A stretch of 64,000 nt of DNA from a virus. The stretch's first letter is position 1; every line of letters starts with the position of its first letter. Shown here in pieces: positions 62,277 to 64,000 of the stretch. A program made the translations under genes and the position numbers. The DNA lies in IMG/VR virus record IMGVR_UViG_3300046170_000391. One strand, written 5' to 3'. A model generated the notes under the pieces. The model was not told where the DNA came from, did not search any database, and worked only from the letters and a program-made list of their open reading frames with translations.

Positions 62277-63366
62277 CTATTTTTTGCTCTTGTTATTCTT
62301 TCTTTTAGGCAAAGGAGATGCTAAAACTTTGCGTAGCATCTTTGACTGTTTTGCATGAGCTTTTGAGGCTCCAGCTAACAAGTCAGCAACTTTTTTAATA
62401 GTTTTATCGTTATGCACTTTTTCTCCTTTTTGCAGTAATCTTTTTCTGAGCGTTAATAAATTTTCTATAAACACCCGCTGCCGAGACCTTTCCCATCTCT
62501 CTTGCTCGTTGTTCCATAGCGATAGCCGCTTGTGTCTTATGAGCGTGAGACTTTCCTGATCTTTTAATTTTATTTACAGAGGTTTGCGCAGATTTAACTG
62601 TAGCAAAACCTAGTCCTTTTATAGTACCTTTTGGGTTTTCATCAGTGTACAAATCACTATGTTTAGTAGAATTGGCACGTTGTCCTTTTTTGCGAGGAAT
62701 ACGGGGAGCCATTACTTTTTCTTTCTTCTTTTCATAGTACTTACCATAGTAGGTTTACCACCCGGATTACCTGCAGCACGTTTACGTTGTACTGCGCTAC
62801 GAATCTGTGCAGCAGTCATACTATTAGCTTTAGAGCGAGGTACACATTTCGGGTACTTACCTCCATCACCAGCAGATTTTCTACCACAAGGTTGCCATTT
62901 ACCGTTCTTTTTAGGCGCACCAATGTTTACCCAATCACCTTTTTTACCTTTGCCAAACCATGCAGTAAGGCCGCCTCTAGGTTTAGCCATTATCTATACC
63001 CACCACCACGTTGTTTGTAGGTTCTCACTAACCAACCATTAGCATACGCTGATGGATAAACATTAAATTTTCTTTTAGCTTCTGCCTTAACTCTTGCATA
63101 TAATTTTGGATTTGTAGGTTTTGCACCTTTTTTCTTAACTGCCATTAATAGCTCCTTCTGACTCTACCTTTAAAGGGTGTTTTTTCTGCACACCAATCTT
63201 CGGGGTGCATATGACGTGGACGTTTACCTGCTGGTTTACTTACAATGCGCCCCATTGGGGTGTAAAAGGCACACCAATCTTGTTGTGGTCTACGTTTAAC
63301 AGAAGAGCTCATTGACTCCCACATTTTTGTTCCATTAGATGCTTTAGTCAATTTACGAACGGCCAT
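62277..63366 (-). CDS. Cluster of small Lys/Arg-rich proteins (62410-62712, 62712-62990, 62990-63145, 63145-63366)
   Basis: Coupled ORFs; KHSDLYTDENP, YPKCVP, YPSAYAN motifs. Confidence 0.6.
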
Positions 63367-63441
63367 GATTACTCCAATAAAAAAGGGTATATTTGTATAC
63401 CCTCATTGTTGCACTTTAGTTTTAGTATGTCAAAAAGATAG

Positions 63442-64000
63442 TTATAAAATTTGCTTTAATTCTGGAATTGCTGCAATAAAATTACGATTCCATAGAGAAT
63501 CTAATTGAGTTGTGTAATTTAAAAATTGTTGTTTTTTTGGAATGAAAATTTCTTGCTTTAAACAATCTGCTATTGGGTTAAAAAAGTTTACACTATCGTA
63601 GTAATCTAAAACACGTTTTCTATCTACTTTTTCAAGAACATAAACACTTAAAAAATCAGGATCAACTAGAAAGTTATAGTTTATACTTATCCCATAGCTT
63701 TCTGCATATTCAAATATTTTAGGTAGATTAAATATATTATATATTTGAATTGTAGTTGAAAAGTAATTAACTAAATCAAGGCAAGTTTCTAGATTGTGCT
63801 GAAATTTTTTTGCTGAAAAACCAGTTCTAATATATTCTCCAACAGCCCCCACACCGTCAAAACTAGCATAAACATCTACATCTTTAAATCTTTTCAAGTG
63901 ATCTATATGATCAACTCCTTTATAAGAGAGTACAGAAAGATTTGTTGTCATAACTAGATAAATTGACTCATATAAATTATTCTGTTCAATCAAATTTAAG
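63442..64000 (-). CDS. Radical SAM protein, C-terminal part (runs off the window)
   Basis: TTNLS, SFDG.G...EYIR.G; paralogous to the C-terminal half of 52162-53343. Confidence 0.7.
   Translation of the reverse strand, partial: LNLIEQNNLYESIYLVMTTNLSVLSYKGVDHIDHLKRFKDVDVYASFDGVGAVGEYIRTGFSAKKFQHNLETCLDLVNYFSTTIQIYNIFNLPKIFEYAESYGISINYNFLVDPDFLSVYVLEKVDRKRVLDYYDSVNFFNPIADCLKQEIFIPKKQQFLNYTTQLDSLWNRNFIAAIPELKQIL

Overview
64 kb of a lytic, AT-rich T5-like (Demerecviridae-type) phage genome; gene content and promoter style suggest a marine alphaproteobacterial host (inference). From 1 to 13.3 kb on the minus strand is the head/packaging module: major capsid, prohead protease, portal, nicking endonuclease, TerL, tail fibres, TerS and two tail-terminator paralogues. 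A double-HNH endonuclease follows. From about 14.9 to 21.1 kb on the plus strand is a T5-style pre-early (first-step-transfer) block with two A2-like genes, two HAD phosphatases, PPK2 and a DEDD exonuclease. These genes are separated by modular spacers built from phased IHF-type sites, CG-rich palindromes and a repeated promoter. A noncoding stretch rich in c(GNA)g DNA mini-hairpins follows. The rest is minus-strand early genes: TctA/TctC, a T7 0.7-like kinase, seven tandem 2OG-Fe(II) oxygenases, Fpr, 3 tRNAs, Hsp20, SleB, Fpg, lipase and radical SAM proteins. The most striking unexplained locus is 29.9-31.75 kb, where three GC-richer, heavily base-paired noncoding transcripts (about 680, 150 and 490 nt) surround a third A2 paralogue. 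Several single-base indels (portal, Hsp20, protease/capsid junction) indicate an indel-prone assembly. All family assignments come from recalled motifs; no searches were run.
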